Positions 12,468-26,965 of a DNA stretch of 64,000 bases are shown here, piece by piece. Made by a program: the position numbers and the translations under genes. The notes below the pieces were generated by a model. It had not been told where the DNA came from. It did no database searches and saw only the letters and a program-made list of their open reading frames with translations. Every line of letters starts with the position of its first letter. Position 1 is the stretch's first letter. Origin of the DNA: the human T2T-CHM13v2.0 reference genome, Homo sapiens; the NCBI RefSeq assembly GCF_009914755.1, contig NC_060944.1, one strand, 5' to 3'.

Positions 12468-15370
12468 TTCTCCACCCCTTCACCCTCCACCCTCCACTCC
12501 TCACCTCTCCACCCCTCCACCCTCACCCTTTCACCCCTCCATCCCTCCACCCCTCCACCCTCCACCCCTCAACCCTCCACCCCAACACTCCTCCACCCTC
12601 ACCGCTTTACCCCTCCACCTTCCACCCTCCACCCCTCCAACCCTCCACCCTCCACCCTCCACCCCTTACCTCTGCACCCCTCCACCCTCACCCCTTCACC
12701 CCTCCATCCTCTACCCCTCTACCCCCCACCCCTCAACCCTCCACCCCACCACTCCTCCACCCTCACCCCTTTACCCCTCCACCTTTCACCCTCCACCCCT
12801 CCACCCTCCACCCTCCACTCCTCACCTCTCCACCCCTCCACCCTCACCCCTTCACCCCTCCACCCTCACCCCTTCACCCCTCCATCCTCCACCTCTCAAC
12901 TCTCCACCCCTCAACCCTCCACCCCTCCACTCCTCCACCATCACCCCTTTACCCCTCCACCTTCCACCCTCCACCCCTCCATCCCTCTACTCCTCTACCT
13001 TCCACCCTCCACTCCTCACCTCTCCACCCCACCACGACTCCACCCTCACCCCTTTACCCCTCCACCTTTCACCCTCCACCCCTCCACCCTCCACTCCTCA
13101 CCTCTCCACCCCTCCACCCTCACCCCTTCACCCCTCCATCCTCCACCTCTCAACTCTCCACCCCTCAACCCTCCACCCCTCCACTCCTCCACCATCACCC
13201 CTTCCACCTTCCACCCTCCACTCCTTCCACCTCCACCTTCCAACCTCCACCACTCCATCCCTCCACTCCTCCACCTTCCACCCTCCACCCTCCACTACTC
13301 ACCTCTCCACCCCTCCACTCCTCCACCCTCACCCCTTTACCCCTCCACCCTCCACCCACCAACCCTCCATTCCTCCACCCCTTCATGCCTCCATCCTCCA
13401 CCCCTCTAATCTCCACCCCTCCACTCCTCCACCCTTACCTCTCCACCCCTCCACTCCTCCACCCCTCCATCCTCCACACCTCCACCTCTCCACCATCCAC
13501 CCCTCCATCCTCCACCCTCCACTCCTCACCTCTCCACCCCTCCACCCTCACCCCTTACTCCTCCATCCTCCACCCCTCAACCTTCCATCCCTCCACCCCT
13601 TCACACCTCCACCCTCCACCCCTCTAATATCCACCCCTCCACTCCTCCACCCTCACCTCTCCACCCCTCCACTCCTCCACCCCTCCACTCCTCCACCCCT
13701 CCACCCCTCCACCCCTCCACCCCTCCACCCCTCCATCCTCCACACCTCCACCGCTCCACTCTCCACCCCTCCACCCTCCATCCTACACCCCTCCACCCCT
13801 CCACTCCTCCATCCTCCACCCCTTCATCCTCCACTCCTCCACCCCTCCACCCCTCCATCCTCCACCCCTCCACCCCTCCATCCTCCACCCCTCCACTCCT
13901 CCATCCTCCACCCCTCCACCCTCCATCCTCCATCTCTCCACCCCACATCCTCCACCCCTCCACCCTCCACCCCTCCACCCCTCCATCCCTCCACCCCTCC
14001 ATCCTCCACCCCTCCAGCCACCATCCCTCCACCCTCCACCCCTCCAGCCACCATCCCTCCACCCCTCCATCCTCCACCCCTCCACACCTCCACCCCTCCA
14101 CCCCTCCACCCTCCATCCCTCCACCCCTCCACCCCTCCATCCCTCCATCCTCCACCCCTCTACCCCTCCACCCCTCCATCCTCCACACCTCCACCCTTCC
14201 ATCTTCCACCCCTCCACCCCTCCACCCCTCCATCCTCCACACCTCCACCCATCCACCCCTCCATTCCTTCACCCTTCTATCCTCCACCCCTCCACTCCTC
14301 CACCCCTCCATCTCCACCCTCTATCCCTCCACCCTCCACCCCTCCATCCTACACCCCTCCACCCCTCCATCCTCCACCCCTCCACAATCCACCTGTCCAC
14401 CCCTCCACCCCTCCATCCTCCACTGCTCCACCCCGCACCCTTCCATCCTCCATCCCTTCGCCCTCCACGCCCACCCTCCACCCTTCCATCTTCCATCCTC
14501 TCCACCCTTCCATCCTCCACCCCTCCACCCTCCACCCCTTCACCCCTCCATCCTCCACCCCTCCACCCCTCCGTCATCCACCCCTCCACCCCTCCATCCT
14601 TCACCCCTCCACCCCTCCATCCTCCATCCCTCCACCCGTCCCTCTTCCATCCTGCATCCCTTCACCCTTACATCCTCCATCTCCTCCACCCCTCCATCCT
14701 CCACCCCTCCACCCTCCACCCTTCCAGCCTCCATACCTTCACCCCTCCATCCCACCACCCTTCACCCCTCCATCCTCCACCCCTCCACCCTCCACCCCTC
14801 CAGTCTCCATCCCTTCACCCCTCCATCCCACCACTCTCCACCCCTCCATCCTCCACCTCTCCAACCCTCCATCCTCCACCCCTCCATCCTCTGCCCCTCC
14901 ACCCCTCCATCCTCCACCCCTCCACCCTCCATCCCTGCACCCCTCCACCCCTCCATCCTCCACCCCTCCACCCTCCATCCTCCACCTCTCCACCCCTCCA
15001 CCTTCCACACCTCCACCCCCACCTCTCCACCCCTCCACCCCTCCATCCCTCCATCATCCACCTCTCTACCCCTCCACCTTCCACACCTCCACCCCTTACC
15101 CCTCCATCCCTCTACCTCTCCATCCCTCCACCTCTCCATCCCTCCACCCTCCACCTCTCCATCCCTCCACCCTCCACCCCTCCACCCATCCACCCCTCTG
15201 CCCTTCCATCCCTCCACCCTCCACCCCTCCATCCCTCCACCCCTCCACCCCTCCATCCCTCCACCCCTCCATCCTCCACCTCTCCATCCCTCCACACTTC
15301 CATCCTCTACCCCTCCATCCTTCCCTCCCTCCACCCTTCCATCCTCTACCCCTCCACTCCTCCATCCTTC
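12468..15370 (+). repeat. ~2.9-kb C-rich simple-repeat array (CCTCCACC / CCATCCTCCACCCCT variants), almost devoid of G on the + strand
   Basis: Directly visible; source of the P/L/H/S/T and G/W/R/E/V ORFs. Confidence 0.97.
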
Positions 15371-18300
15371 TGCTGATTAACTACTCCCAGAACTCAGCAC
15401 GTTCCCTAGGAATATCCCCTCTTGTGGGTCCTCTCACCTGCCCTGATGGTGAGGAAGGTCAGGCCCAGGTGGGAGTCCGGGCTGGGTGTGCCAGAGGGGC
15501 AAGGCAGAACCCTTAGCTCCCCCTGCTGCCCCAGGGCCTGAGTTGGGGCAGGAAGGCAGGGAAGAGGCCCACGGTGCCCGAGCAAAGCTGTCCCCCGTAA
15601 GCCTCTCTGTTCGCTCTTCCCGATGCCCTCTCGCCCTCCTGACCTCCGCCCCTCCTGGGGGAGATACAGCCTCTGTTCACACTTGTGTGCCAGCATGCCT
15701 GTCTGTCCAGGGCCCTTTGATGCCACCAACACCTGACAAAGGCAGGCTGGGTGCTGCCATGCCCCCATTTTAAAGATGAGGAAACCGAGGCTGAGATGGG
15801 TGAAGTAACCACAACCTGACCCAGGAAGGGCCAGGCCCACCTCTGGCAGGGGCCCTGATGCTGATGAAGATGTCTTGGAAAGGTACAGCATGAAAGGCTT
15901 GGCCTCGCAGATGGAATTTCCCATGTCAGGGAGCAAGTGTTTTCTGGCCTTTTCAGGGACCCTGTAAATGGCCTCTGGGCCCCCAGGCCGGCCCAGGCCA
16001 GCAGGCTGCAGTCTGACTCAGCTTTCTGTGAGGGTCAGGCTGTCCTGGCTCTGCCACGCCCCAGCCCATCCCCCACTTAGCCAGGCACCTCCCTACTGCC
16101 TGGCGCTGAGGCTTCACCCTCCCACTGCAGCATGCGGTGGGACCACCCTGGCCCCAGTGCAGGGGTGTCCGGGATCCTCTGGGGTGCCTTCTGCCCCAGG
16201 GTGTAAAGCCTCCCATGGCAGCCCCTCCTCCAGCCTGGCTCAGATCCCCACCCCACGCCTTGCACCTGTCCATTCCTGGCTTTAAATAGCCATGACGAGC
16301 TATCCAGCTCCTCCCTGTGCTGATGGGGCCAGCACAGACTTCCCCAAAATGCCACCTCTTCCCACTGCCCATGGGCAGGCCAACCAGTCCTGGGTGCAGC
16401 AGGAAAATGGCCAGAGGACACTCAGCATGGCTGGAGAGCCGGGATGCCTTGGTCCAGGCCAGGCTTGCCGCGACCTTGGAGAGGACAGAGAGGCAGGGCT
16501 TGGGGCGGTGGCTCTCATGGTAGTGGAGTGGCCTGTCTGTGAAGCCTGGGCAGTAGCCGCTACCGAGTCCCTGGTGCCATGGTCCCCCAAAAGGCCGTGG
16601 TGTTTAAGCCCTTTGCACATGGGCAGGTGGCAGGTGCAGCCGTAGAGCCCCGCATTAGTGCCTGTGCTGGTTTCCTGCCCAGCTCCAGGTCTGGGTGAGG
16701 GTGGAGGGTGCCCGGAGCCGAGCATGGAGCCCGGCCGAGGCCTGTCTCGGAAGTATCCTCTGTGGCCCTCCCTGTGCCCGAGCAGAGTGAGCCGAGGCTG
16801 CTCTCCAGCGGCTGCACCTCAGTGCTGTGGCTCCGTGGCTATTTTTAACCTGAGTATGGTAAATGCATTTCTACAGGAAAACCACTCTCCTCGATCAATC
16901 CCTGCAGCTGCTCGGCATGGATGGCAGGGCTCACACGCAGCCTGTCTGCTCCTGTCCAGGCTGCTGAGGACTGTAACCGAAGCCCATTAGCTGACCGGGA
17001 GGGATAAATCCAGCTCCTCTGACAACTGCTTCTCGCTGGTCTTCTCTGGGGACAGACAGCCCTCCCCACCCACCCCCTGCTGCTCCTTAATATAACTCTG
17101 AAGTCATGCCTAGTGCTCAGAGGATGGCTTGGGAAGAGAACTTGGGCCTGGGTTCCCCGGTGATTGGGGGCACAGGGTGGTGGTGGCTGGAGCAGGAGCG
17201 TGAAGCCCCAGGCTTCACTCGCAGGGAGTGAGGGGGGCTTGTCTTGGGGCAGTGTCCTGGCACCATTGAGCTGGGGGTTAACTCAGAGCCATGATCCCCC
17301 TCAGGTTGCCTGCAAAGTACCCCGGGGCTGAACTCATGGGGGATTTTGGGAGAGAGCTGGCTTTCGTCAGATCCTCAAAGGGATCCTTGAACTAAGAGGT
17401 AAAGAGGCCCCAGTCCGAGGTGCCTGTCTGCCGGCTGCCTGCGACGCTGCAGGGAAGGTCCTGGTACCTGCTCAGAGGGTCTCCTCACCCTCCTGGTCTG
17501 CAGGCCCCGCCTGGAGCACTCTCTGCCCCCACTTCCTTCCCGTTGTCCTCCTCCTCAGCTGCACTTTGCACTCGCGCTGGTTTCTTTGCCGTTTGCTTCT
17601 CCCCCGAGGAGCTCTGCCGGGGCAGAGGCCGGCTCGTTCATGGATGTTACTCCGGTGCCTGGAGCAGTGCTGGGTACAGAGTAGCAGCTTAGCAAGTATG
17701 TGCAGAATGTTCCAGAAGAAGGTGTAGGGCGGCATATCAGTCAGGACAGGCCGGGCTACACTTCAGCAACAGATACACCCGCCCCACGTCCGCGTGGCCT
17801 CAGACAACAAACGTTGATTTCTTTGCTCACTTTGAGCATCCCGGAGCCATGGTGGCCGCCGTGGACAGGCCAGGACATCGTCATCATGGGGAGTGGCTCC
17901 CTGTCTCCTTGTGTGTCCTGCCCGCGTGTCTGCTTGCGTGTCTGCCAGTGTGTCCTGCCCGGGGTCTTCTGCACATCAAGAGGCTCTTGACGTTTCTCTT
18001 GTCAGACCAGGTCCAGGTCCACGGCCAAGGAAGGCAGTAGGACTCTTGGGATAGGAAGGACGGGAGCCGGGAATCGGGGCAAGGGCCCTTTGGCCAGAGG
18101 AGGCTCTGGTGAGCATGGGGGTGGTGTCACTTGGGGCCACCGGGAAGCTCCCTGCCCTGCTTGGCATTGTGTGGTGGGCACGGCCCCGCAGAGGGAGAGG
18201 GCTCATGGAGGAAGGAGAGGGCTTTTTCCTGGAGCAGGGATGGCCTTGTGTCACCCCTCATCCCTTGGAACTGGATCAGAGCCGGCGAAGGAGCCCTGGC

Positions 18301-18686
18301 CCACAGCCCCAGCCCCATCCCCGTGTGGCCCTTCCTGAGGCTCCCTGGGGGGAGGCTGAGCTGGCACAGGTACATCAGCCATGCCTTCCTGGGTGTGCCT
18401 GTGACCTTTGACATGATTTGCGAGGCAGTTTCATTTGGGGTCTTTATTTTCCAGCCAGGCCTTGGAGGCTCAGTTGATCTCAACAGGGAGGCAAATACAT
18501 TGTGACCTTCTGCTGGGAAAGATGTTAACTTTTGCAGTATCCCGTGGGCGATGACACATGGGACAGGGGAAGGGACGTGTCTGTCGTGGGTGCGTGAGGC
18601 TGCAGGGACGCCGCCTCTCCAGGCTTGAGGACCCTCTGCCAGGCCTCGGAGCTGGGACGTGATAGCCACCCCATCTAGCCCCTACT

Positions 18687-18825
18687 CTGAGGTTGGGAAG
18701 CTGAAGCCAGGGGAGGGAAGGATGCCTGGGGCCCGCCAGGGAGAGGAGGCAGGGTCTGAGGTGGGGAAGCTGAGGCCAGGGGAGGGAAGGGTGCCCAGGG
18801 CCCGCCGGGGAAAGGAGGCAGGGCT
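18687..18825 (+). repeat. Two-copy ~69-bp tandem duplication
   Basis: ctgaggt(t/g)gggaagctga(a/g)gccaggggagggaagg...ggaggcaggg occurs twice. Confidence 0.85.
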
Positions 18826-21800
18826 GGGTTACCACCATCCACCTGCCTGTGAAGGGTTGGCCAGGCCTCGGCCACACTGAGTCAGCGGCTCAGACAGTGT
18901 CTGGTCCTTCCTGTGCCCTGGTGAGCAAAGCCTGTGAGCCCTAGTGTCCCTGGCCTCTTGGGGCTTCTGTGGGGGTGACGGCATCAACGTGTACAACAAC
19001 ATCGTCATCATGGGGAACCTGGGGGAGCTGAATCCATGCCCAGGGGCCTAGGAGAGGCTGGTGACAGTGAGGACCACTAGGGAGGGGCCGTGAACCTCCA
19101 GGGCTGAGAGGGAGACTCATTTTTTATGCCATCTGGCGCAGTTAGATTTTAGAAAAACAAACGTGGATATACTGTCTTTGAAGAAAATGAAAATAAAACC
19201 AGTAACAAGAACAACGATGGCATCAGTAGTCACGGTAACAGAGCTCTGGAGGTCAAGGCTGGCGGCCCCGGCCATTCCCAGACTTGCTTTTGTCCGACCC
19301 TGGCCCTGCTCTCTCTCCATCGTGGGGGCCTGTCGGTGCTGGGGAGACTGTGGGCTGCTCGGTGTTGGGACCCACACAGGTGCTCCCGGTTCCTCCTGGC
19401 TGGAGGTCCCTTCCCTGGGAGAGGTGAGGGGAGTCGGGAGGAGCCACCTGTACCGGATGCCCCACACCCTGCCCAGGGTCCTGAGCTCAGAGATGCTCAG
19501 GAGACAGGAAATGCACCAGGCAGGGCGGGTGGTCGCCAGGTGCCGGGAGATGAACGGTGTTGGGTCAGTGCTCTCACTCCTGCTGACCCCAGACACCAGG
19601 TCCACGTGAAACCGAAGCTGGTTTTTGTTATTGTCACCAGGCTCACAGAAGAGTGGAAATTGCGTTTTTGGAAGTCAGGATGTGGCTTCTGTCCAGGGCA
19701 TGGCTGAACTTCAAGATGGGAGAGGGACCCTGAGGCCCCGGGGCCGGGGAGCCTGCTGTGTTGACTGTGAACACTGAGCTGCCGAGGGCGACAGTTTAAA
19801 ATCACCACTGAGACTCTTGGTGGCCCCATGGAATGGCCTAGGGTTCACAGATGCCCAGGTCAAGACACAGATTGTGCAGAAACTTCTGCAGATGGGGGTC
19901 CACCCCCGTCAGAGACCCCTGGCCCCGGCCCGCGTCTGAGTGTGACGCGTTTATCCGAGGCTGTTCACTGGCTCTGCCCGTCCACCTGGAAACCCGCAGG
20001 TGGGCCTGGTTCACCCCAGGGGTGTAGGGGTGCTAGGGAAGGTGCTTCTGCCACGAGAGCCGTGGGGATGTGGTCACCTGGGCTGGGCGGGCTGGGCGTC
20101 AGTGCTGGACCTGGGCATCAACCTCGCTGCAGCCTGTGACCTGGACGTCACCCACTCTGCATCTCAGAGGCTCTGAGGGGCCCAGCCCTTTGTCCACGGT
20201 CACCCACATGGAGTCGGCAGTGCTGGGGCTTGACTTGGGCTTCGGTGTCCCCAGGGGAGATGTTTGCTTCCACCCCATGGTCGCGATTCCGTAGGTGCAC
20301 TGGCGGGGCCAAGTCTTCCAGAAGAACCCACATTTACTGGCTCAGAGGTGCCTGGGGATGGGGAGGACCTTCCATATCATTTCAGCTCCACGCAGAATGC
20401 GTGTCAGGGAGAGGAAGTGAGGTACTGAATCAGTGAAGCCAGGTGGAGAGGCGCAGAGCCAAGCATGGCCACAGAGCCAGTGCTCCCTCAAGGCAGCCCT
20501 GGGTGCGGGGCCCACAGAGCTGCGGGCGCAGGCTGAAGGGGGCGGCCCCGCGCCCACCTGTCCCCACCTTGCTGGTGCCCACACAGGCTCCTAGGACCTG
20601 GGGTCTCCAGCCTGGGGCGCTGCCCCCTCCACAGAGGCAGGTGAGAATAAAGTCACAGCTTTTGGGTACTTACTACCTGGCAAGCCCACGAGAGCTGAGG
20701 TTTCCCGGGCTATAGCCTCAGCTGTTAGTTTCACAGGTGCTGTGTGACTGTCGCACGTGGCGTAAAATTTTTGGTGGGCATTAATTGAGCCAATGATATA
20801 ATTCCGCTTAAACCGAGAGCTTCTACAGGTCCCAAAGTTAAGAGTAAATCTGTAGACACTTATCTTATCGCTGCGAAGGGAAACACATCCCAGATGAATT
20901 CAGCCAGGAGCCCGAGTCTGCCCCATCCTGGAGTCGGTCCCTCTGCTGACCGCTGGGTGGAGACTCCAGGTGGCGGCCACTCAGCAGGTTTGGTGCATGC
21001 ATGGCGACCGCTGCCACTACAGGCTTGTCTGCAGCACCAATCTGCGGGCTCATCAGTGCTGGGCGTGCAGCCTGGGGACGCTCACAGCCACCTCTGACAC
21101 CCACCCAGCAGGAGACTATGGGGGCCTGTTGTCCTCCAGCCTGAGACCCCTGAGCCCTGGCTACACCCAGCCCTGTGCAGGGTCCTGCCTAGGACACTGT
21201 AGATGCAAAGGCCACAGAGGCATGACCAGCACGCTGGCTGGCACGAGGGGCAGGGAGTGGTGAGAACTGTGGGGAGCCGGAGAGCATCTGCCCATCTGGA
21301 GACATGGCCCTCGGTGCCCACTGAGGGGCCCTGGGAGGTCAGAGACACTGACCCATGCAGGCCAGAGCAGGCCCGTCTAGAGCTGGTTTAGGCCATGGGC
21401 TTCTGATATCAGGGCCCATCAGATTGGAAGCTGCAGGGGGACCAGAGCCACTCACCCTGCACGGGCCAGGTACACAGCAGGCACCTAAAAATGCTTGTGA
21501 ATGACTGAACCAAGGATGCAGGCGGAGGCCTGGTGGAATGAATGAATGAGTGGGGCAGTGGGGGCAGCAGGGATAGGTTCGTCGTGAGGGCTGTGGAAAC
21601 AGCCCCTCTGCGTTCCAGCCCTGTCCCCACGTTCAGCTCTGAGAAGGTGCCAGGCTCAGCTTTCTGATCTGCAAGTGGGTTGATGCTGAGAGCCTGTCCT
21701 CACCCGAGCAGTGCTCAGCCAGGGCCTCACGGTGGCTCGACAGGCGCTGAACGGGGGAGGAGTGGGTTTTGGGAAGTGGGGAGGGTGGGGCCTGTGCCTG

Positions 21801-22134
21801 TGTGCGGGGGTCGCAGGGTGGGGTCCTGGGAGAAGGAAGAAGAAGGAGGCAGCGCCCACCCGACCCCCGACCTTCTAGACCGATTCCCACAGAGAAGAGC
21901 TCTGATCTCAGGTGGCCGGGCTGTTACAGCCACACCTGTGCCACGGCCATCACAGGCCATCTTCTGTTCCGTGGCTGCCCTGGGTGACCTTCAGCCTGTG
22001 GGGCACACGCCTCAGCTGCAGGGTCCTCACTGCCTCCCCTCCACTCACCCCTCACCGAGAGCCACGGGGCGGGGGGTTCCAAAACTAGCCAAGTCACCCC
22101 ACATCCTGCAGAACTGGTGCCATGAGGTCCGGCT

Positions 22135-22524
22135 CCCCACACAGCCTCCCCCTGCCCCCCACAGCCTCCCCCATGCCCCCACAACAGCCTCTCCCATCCC
22201 CCCCACAGCCTCCCCATGCCCCCCTCACAGCCTCACCACACCCCCTCACAGCCTCCCCCATCCCCCGCACAGCCTCCCCCATGACCCCACAGCCTATGCA
22301 CCCCCAACAGCCTCTCCCATTCCCCACCACAGCCTCCCCCATGCCCCAAACACAGCTTCCCCATGCCCCCCGCACAGCCTCCCCCATGACCTCCACAGCC
22401 TCCCTATGCACCCCCAACAGCTTCTCCCATCCCCCCACAGCCTCCCCCATGCCCCCCACACAGCTTTCCCACACCCCCCTCACAGCCTCCTCCATTGCCC
22501 CGCACAGCCTCCCCCATGCCCCCA
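22135..22524 (+). repeat. C-rich minisatellite, ~21-bp unit CACAGCCTCCCCCATGCCCCC
   Basis: About 18 degenerate copies visible. Confidence 0.93.
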
Positions 22525-24793
22525 GGAAGAACAGCAGGTCCGCCCCAGGATCCCTGGGCCCCCAGCCAGTGAGGTCTCCTTGGGACTACAGGACGTGGGT
22601 GTCCTGTGGGGCCGCCCCAGCACAGCACACAAAAGCCGGCCAGGGCAGCTGCCAGCTCAGCTGTCAGGGGAAGAGGACATTATGGTCCAGGTACAGGCAG
22701 GCCTGTGGGCTGACCCCGGACCCCAGCGCCTGCTCAGGAAGGAGAGCTACCCCTCCCAGCTCGGATCCTGCAGCTGTACTTGGGGAGCCATGGACGCCAA
22801 GGCAGGTGGCCAGGGCACCCCACCCCACTGCACCCCACCTTAGGAGGTGTCCCAGGTGTCCCCAAGCCTTCGTTTTGGTGCTTGGCCCCTGAACGCTCCT
22901 ATCAGAGGGTTTACCAGCTCAGGCAGCAGCTGTGGGTTTCCCGCATCCAGGGCTGGGCCCCCCAAGGGCTCTCGGCAAGTGTTCATTCCCCAAGGAGCCA
23001 CCAGGAGTGTGTGTCCTCTGCCTCTGTGAGGGGGGACCCAGGTGTCATCTTTGTTCCTGGCGGTGCTGGCAAAGATCAGGGCTTCCTACCAAGGCCCCCA
23101 GCCGGGCACCATAGGACTTTGGAGGAGGCAGGGTCCCAGCCGCATGGCCCTTCTGAGACCATATGGTTCTGTCTGAAGATTCTGAGTCCCTCTGAGGACC
23201 CCAAGATTCAGGTCATGGCTGGACATTCTCCAGTTCCCTCCCGGGGTAGCTCCCTGAGCACCGGAAAGAGGATGGGGTGGGGGGCGCCAGCCCAGAGTCT
23301 TCTCTTGAGGACTGACTGCACCCCTGCCCCAGGAACAGGATTCTGGGGCCTTGAGGCCCGCGGTTCACGCCGAGAGCCCCTTGGGGACCTCGGGGCAGGC
23401 GTGTGGGGCCTCCTGCGCCGGTGCTGCTCTGGCTCTGTCCCGAGGCTGAGCTGGGCGAGTGCTCGCTGAGCTGTAAGTGGGCAGGAAGGGCCGGGACTTG
23501 GACCCACCCACCTGTCTCAGCCGCTCAAGCGCTTCTGGGATCAAGGGTCCTGAGATAGCTGCCCTGGCCGATGCCCAGTGGGAATGCCTGTGACGGGGCT
23601 GGTAGGAGGCTTTCTAATCCTCTGAGGGTGGCGCCTGAGTCACCCAGCAGGAGCGGGCCCTGCCCTGCCCTCCACAGCCGCTGTGCCATTGGGTGTGCAT
23701 GGGTCTTGGTACGTGGACACCCCTGCCTCTCGTCCCGAAGTGGAGAGGGCCGGATTCTCCCCACAACCCCTCCTGTGCCAGAACTCGGACGCATACCCGG
23801 GTGGCTCTTGGGACCCATGGCTCTGGATGCCTGGCCCAGAGGAGCGGGGCCAGTTGAGAAATTATTCTTGGTGCTGGGGGTGGCATTGAGTCTCTAGGGG
23901 TCCAAAACTCTAACCACACTGACTTGGGTGGGGCTTAGCCTGCCGGGGTCCCCAGCGCCAGGCCCCATTTCTGCTAAGGTCCAGAGCCCTCTGTCGCTGG
24001 CCACCCTAAGCCCTGGTGGATGCCGTGGAGAGGACGGACTTTCTGGGGCCATCAGCTGTGGCTGAGGGCTGGGTATCTCCTAGCACCCCCACCCCCTCCA
24101 TTATCTGTGAGTCTTGGAGGAAGTGGAGGCGGAGGGCAGGGGTCCTCAGCTCCGCTTTGTTGATGGGGTCCCCAGAGGTCAGGGACTTTCCTGAAACCCC
24201 TTTGAGTGTTGGGGTCTGGAGTCCAAACCCCGGGCTCTTCCCCTCAATGACCCCTCGAGCCCCGCCAGGAGCCTCACCTCCGATTTTGGGGGACTGTTCC
24301 TGGTATAGAGTGGATTGGGAGCAGGAGTCCCCAAGAACCTGGGGCCCTTCAGCTTTTGTAGACACCAGCCTCGGCCTCTCTGGAGCCATATGTGGAGGCC
24401 CATGCACACCGGGTGGGGTCTCCGGAGGCCGAGGTAAAAGCCCCACAAGAATTCTGCTGACTCTCACACACTGCCCTCTGCCTCCCCCAGGCCTCGTCCC
24501 ACTGGCCACGCACAGGCAGCTGGGTCTGGGTGTGATGGGCAAGTGCACGTGTCCATTGGGGATGTCTGGGGAATGAGGCAAACAGACCCCCAACCCCCGC
24601 AGCCCTCGGTGCAGCCCCTCAGCCCCAGGGCAGAACACGGTCTTTCTCGGCCAGCGGGGGATGGTGATGGGCCTCAGGGCCGTTCCTGCTTTGCTCCTGT
24701 CATATTCTAGTTATTTTATTACAACTATGGCTTTCTGGATCCCAAACCATGTACACATGAGGATCTCAATCCTGAAGATAACATAAAAACTGC

Positions 24794-25090
<297 letters not shown>

Positions 25091-25270
25091 AACTGTAACA
25101 ACTTTGGCTGGATTTTCTAATTTTTAAAAAATTAATAGACTTTATATTTTTGACCAGTTTTAGGTTTACAGAAAAATCGAGTGTATGGAAAGCCTCCGTG
25201 TGCCCTTCCCCCACTATTGGCGTCTCATGTTGGTGCGGTACATTTGTGACAATTGATGAGTTAATACTGA

Positions 25271-25638
<368 letters not shown>

Positions 25639-26357
25639 CATTCGGTGGGTTTGGACAACTCTGTAAAGTCCTGTATCCACCGTCACTACTGCATCATACA
25701 GGATATTTCCGCAGCCCTAAACATCCTGTGTTCCTATTCAGCCCTTTCTTCCCTCCCCACAAACTCCTGGAAACCTCGGATCTTTTCCATAGCTTTGCCT
25801 TTTCTAGAATGTGGTATGTTTGGAATCACACAGCATGGAGCATTTTTGGATTGACTCCTTCCCACTGGCAATAGCGTTTGAGGTTTCTCTGTGACTTCTT
25901 GCGGCTCGACGGCTCATTTCTTTTCAGCACCGAATACGACTCGGGTTTATCCAGTTACCACCCGAAGCACTTCTGCTGTATACATCCACTTGTGGGAATT
26001 TGTGTGGACGTAAGTTTTAAATTCCTTTGGGTAAATACCAAGGAGCACGATTGCTGGACCGTGTGGTAAGAGCACGTTTAGTTTTGTGAGAAACCGCCAG
26101 ACTGTCTTCCAGCAGCCGCGCCATGTTGCCTTCCCAGCAGCCACGGCTGAGGGTCCTGTTTCTTCACATCCTCGCCAGCGTTCGGTGCTGTCCGTGTTCT
26201 GGGTTTTGGCCGCTCTAGTAGGTGTGTGGTGGCATCTCTTGGTTGTTGTTAATTTGCGTTTCCCTGGTGATGTAGGACGTGGAGCAGCTTCTTATATGCT
26301 GGTTTGTCATCTGTAGATCTTAGGAGAGGTGTCTGTTCAGGTCTTTTGCCACCCCCA

Positions 26358-26637
26358 CTTTTTTTTTTTTTTTACAGAGTCTCGCTCTGTTGCCCAGGCT
26401 GAAGGGCAGTGGCACCATCTCGGCTCACGGCAATCTCCACCTCCCGGGTTCTTCAGGCTCCTGAGTAGCTGGGATTACAGGTGCGTGCCACCACGCCCAG
26501 CTAATTTTTTTGTATTTTTAATAGAGACAAGGTTTTACCATGTTGGTCAAGATGGTCTTGCTCTCTTGACCTCGTGATCCGTCTGCCTTGGCTTCCCAAA
26601 GTGCTGGGATTACAGGCGTGAGCCCCCATGCCCGGCC
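26358..26637 (-). mobile_element. AluS (Sc-like) with small internal deletion
   Basis: Poly-T tail plus reverse Alu body ending cccggcc. Confidence 0.9.
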
Positions 26638-26665
26638 TTTTGCCCATTTTTAATAGGGTTGTTAG

Positions 26666-26965
<300 letters not shown>

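Noticed and set aside
12360-15365. 349-aa Pro-rich ORF with a hydrophobic N-terminus, and many GGW/EGWR ORFs
   Set aside because: Products of the C-rich simple repeat; the apparent signal peptide follows a non-ATG start.
21680-22892. 387-aa and 256-aa ORFs
   Set aside because: Inflated by the 21-bp minisatellite; no recognisable domain.
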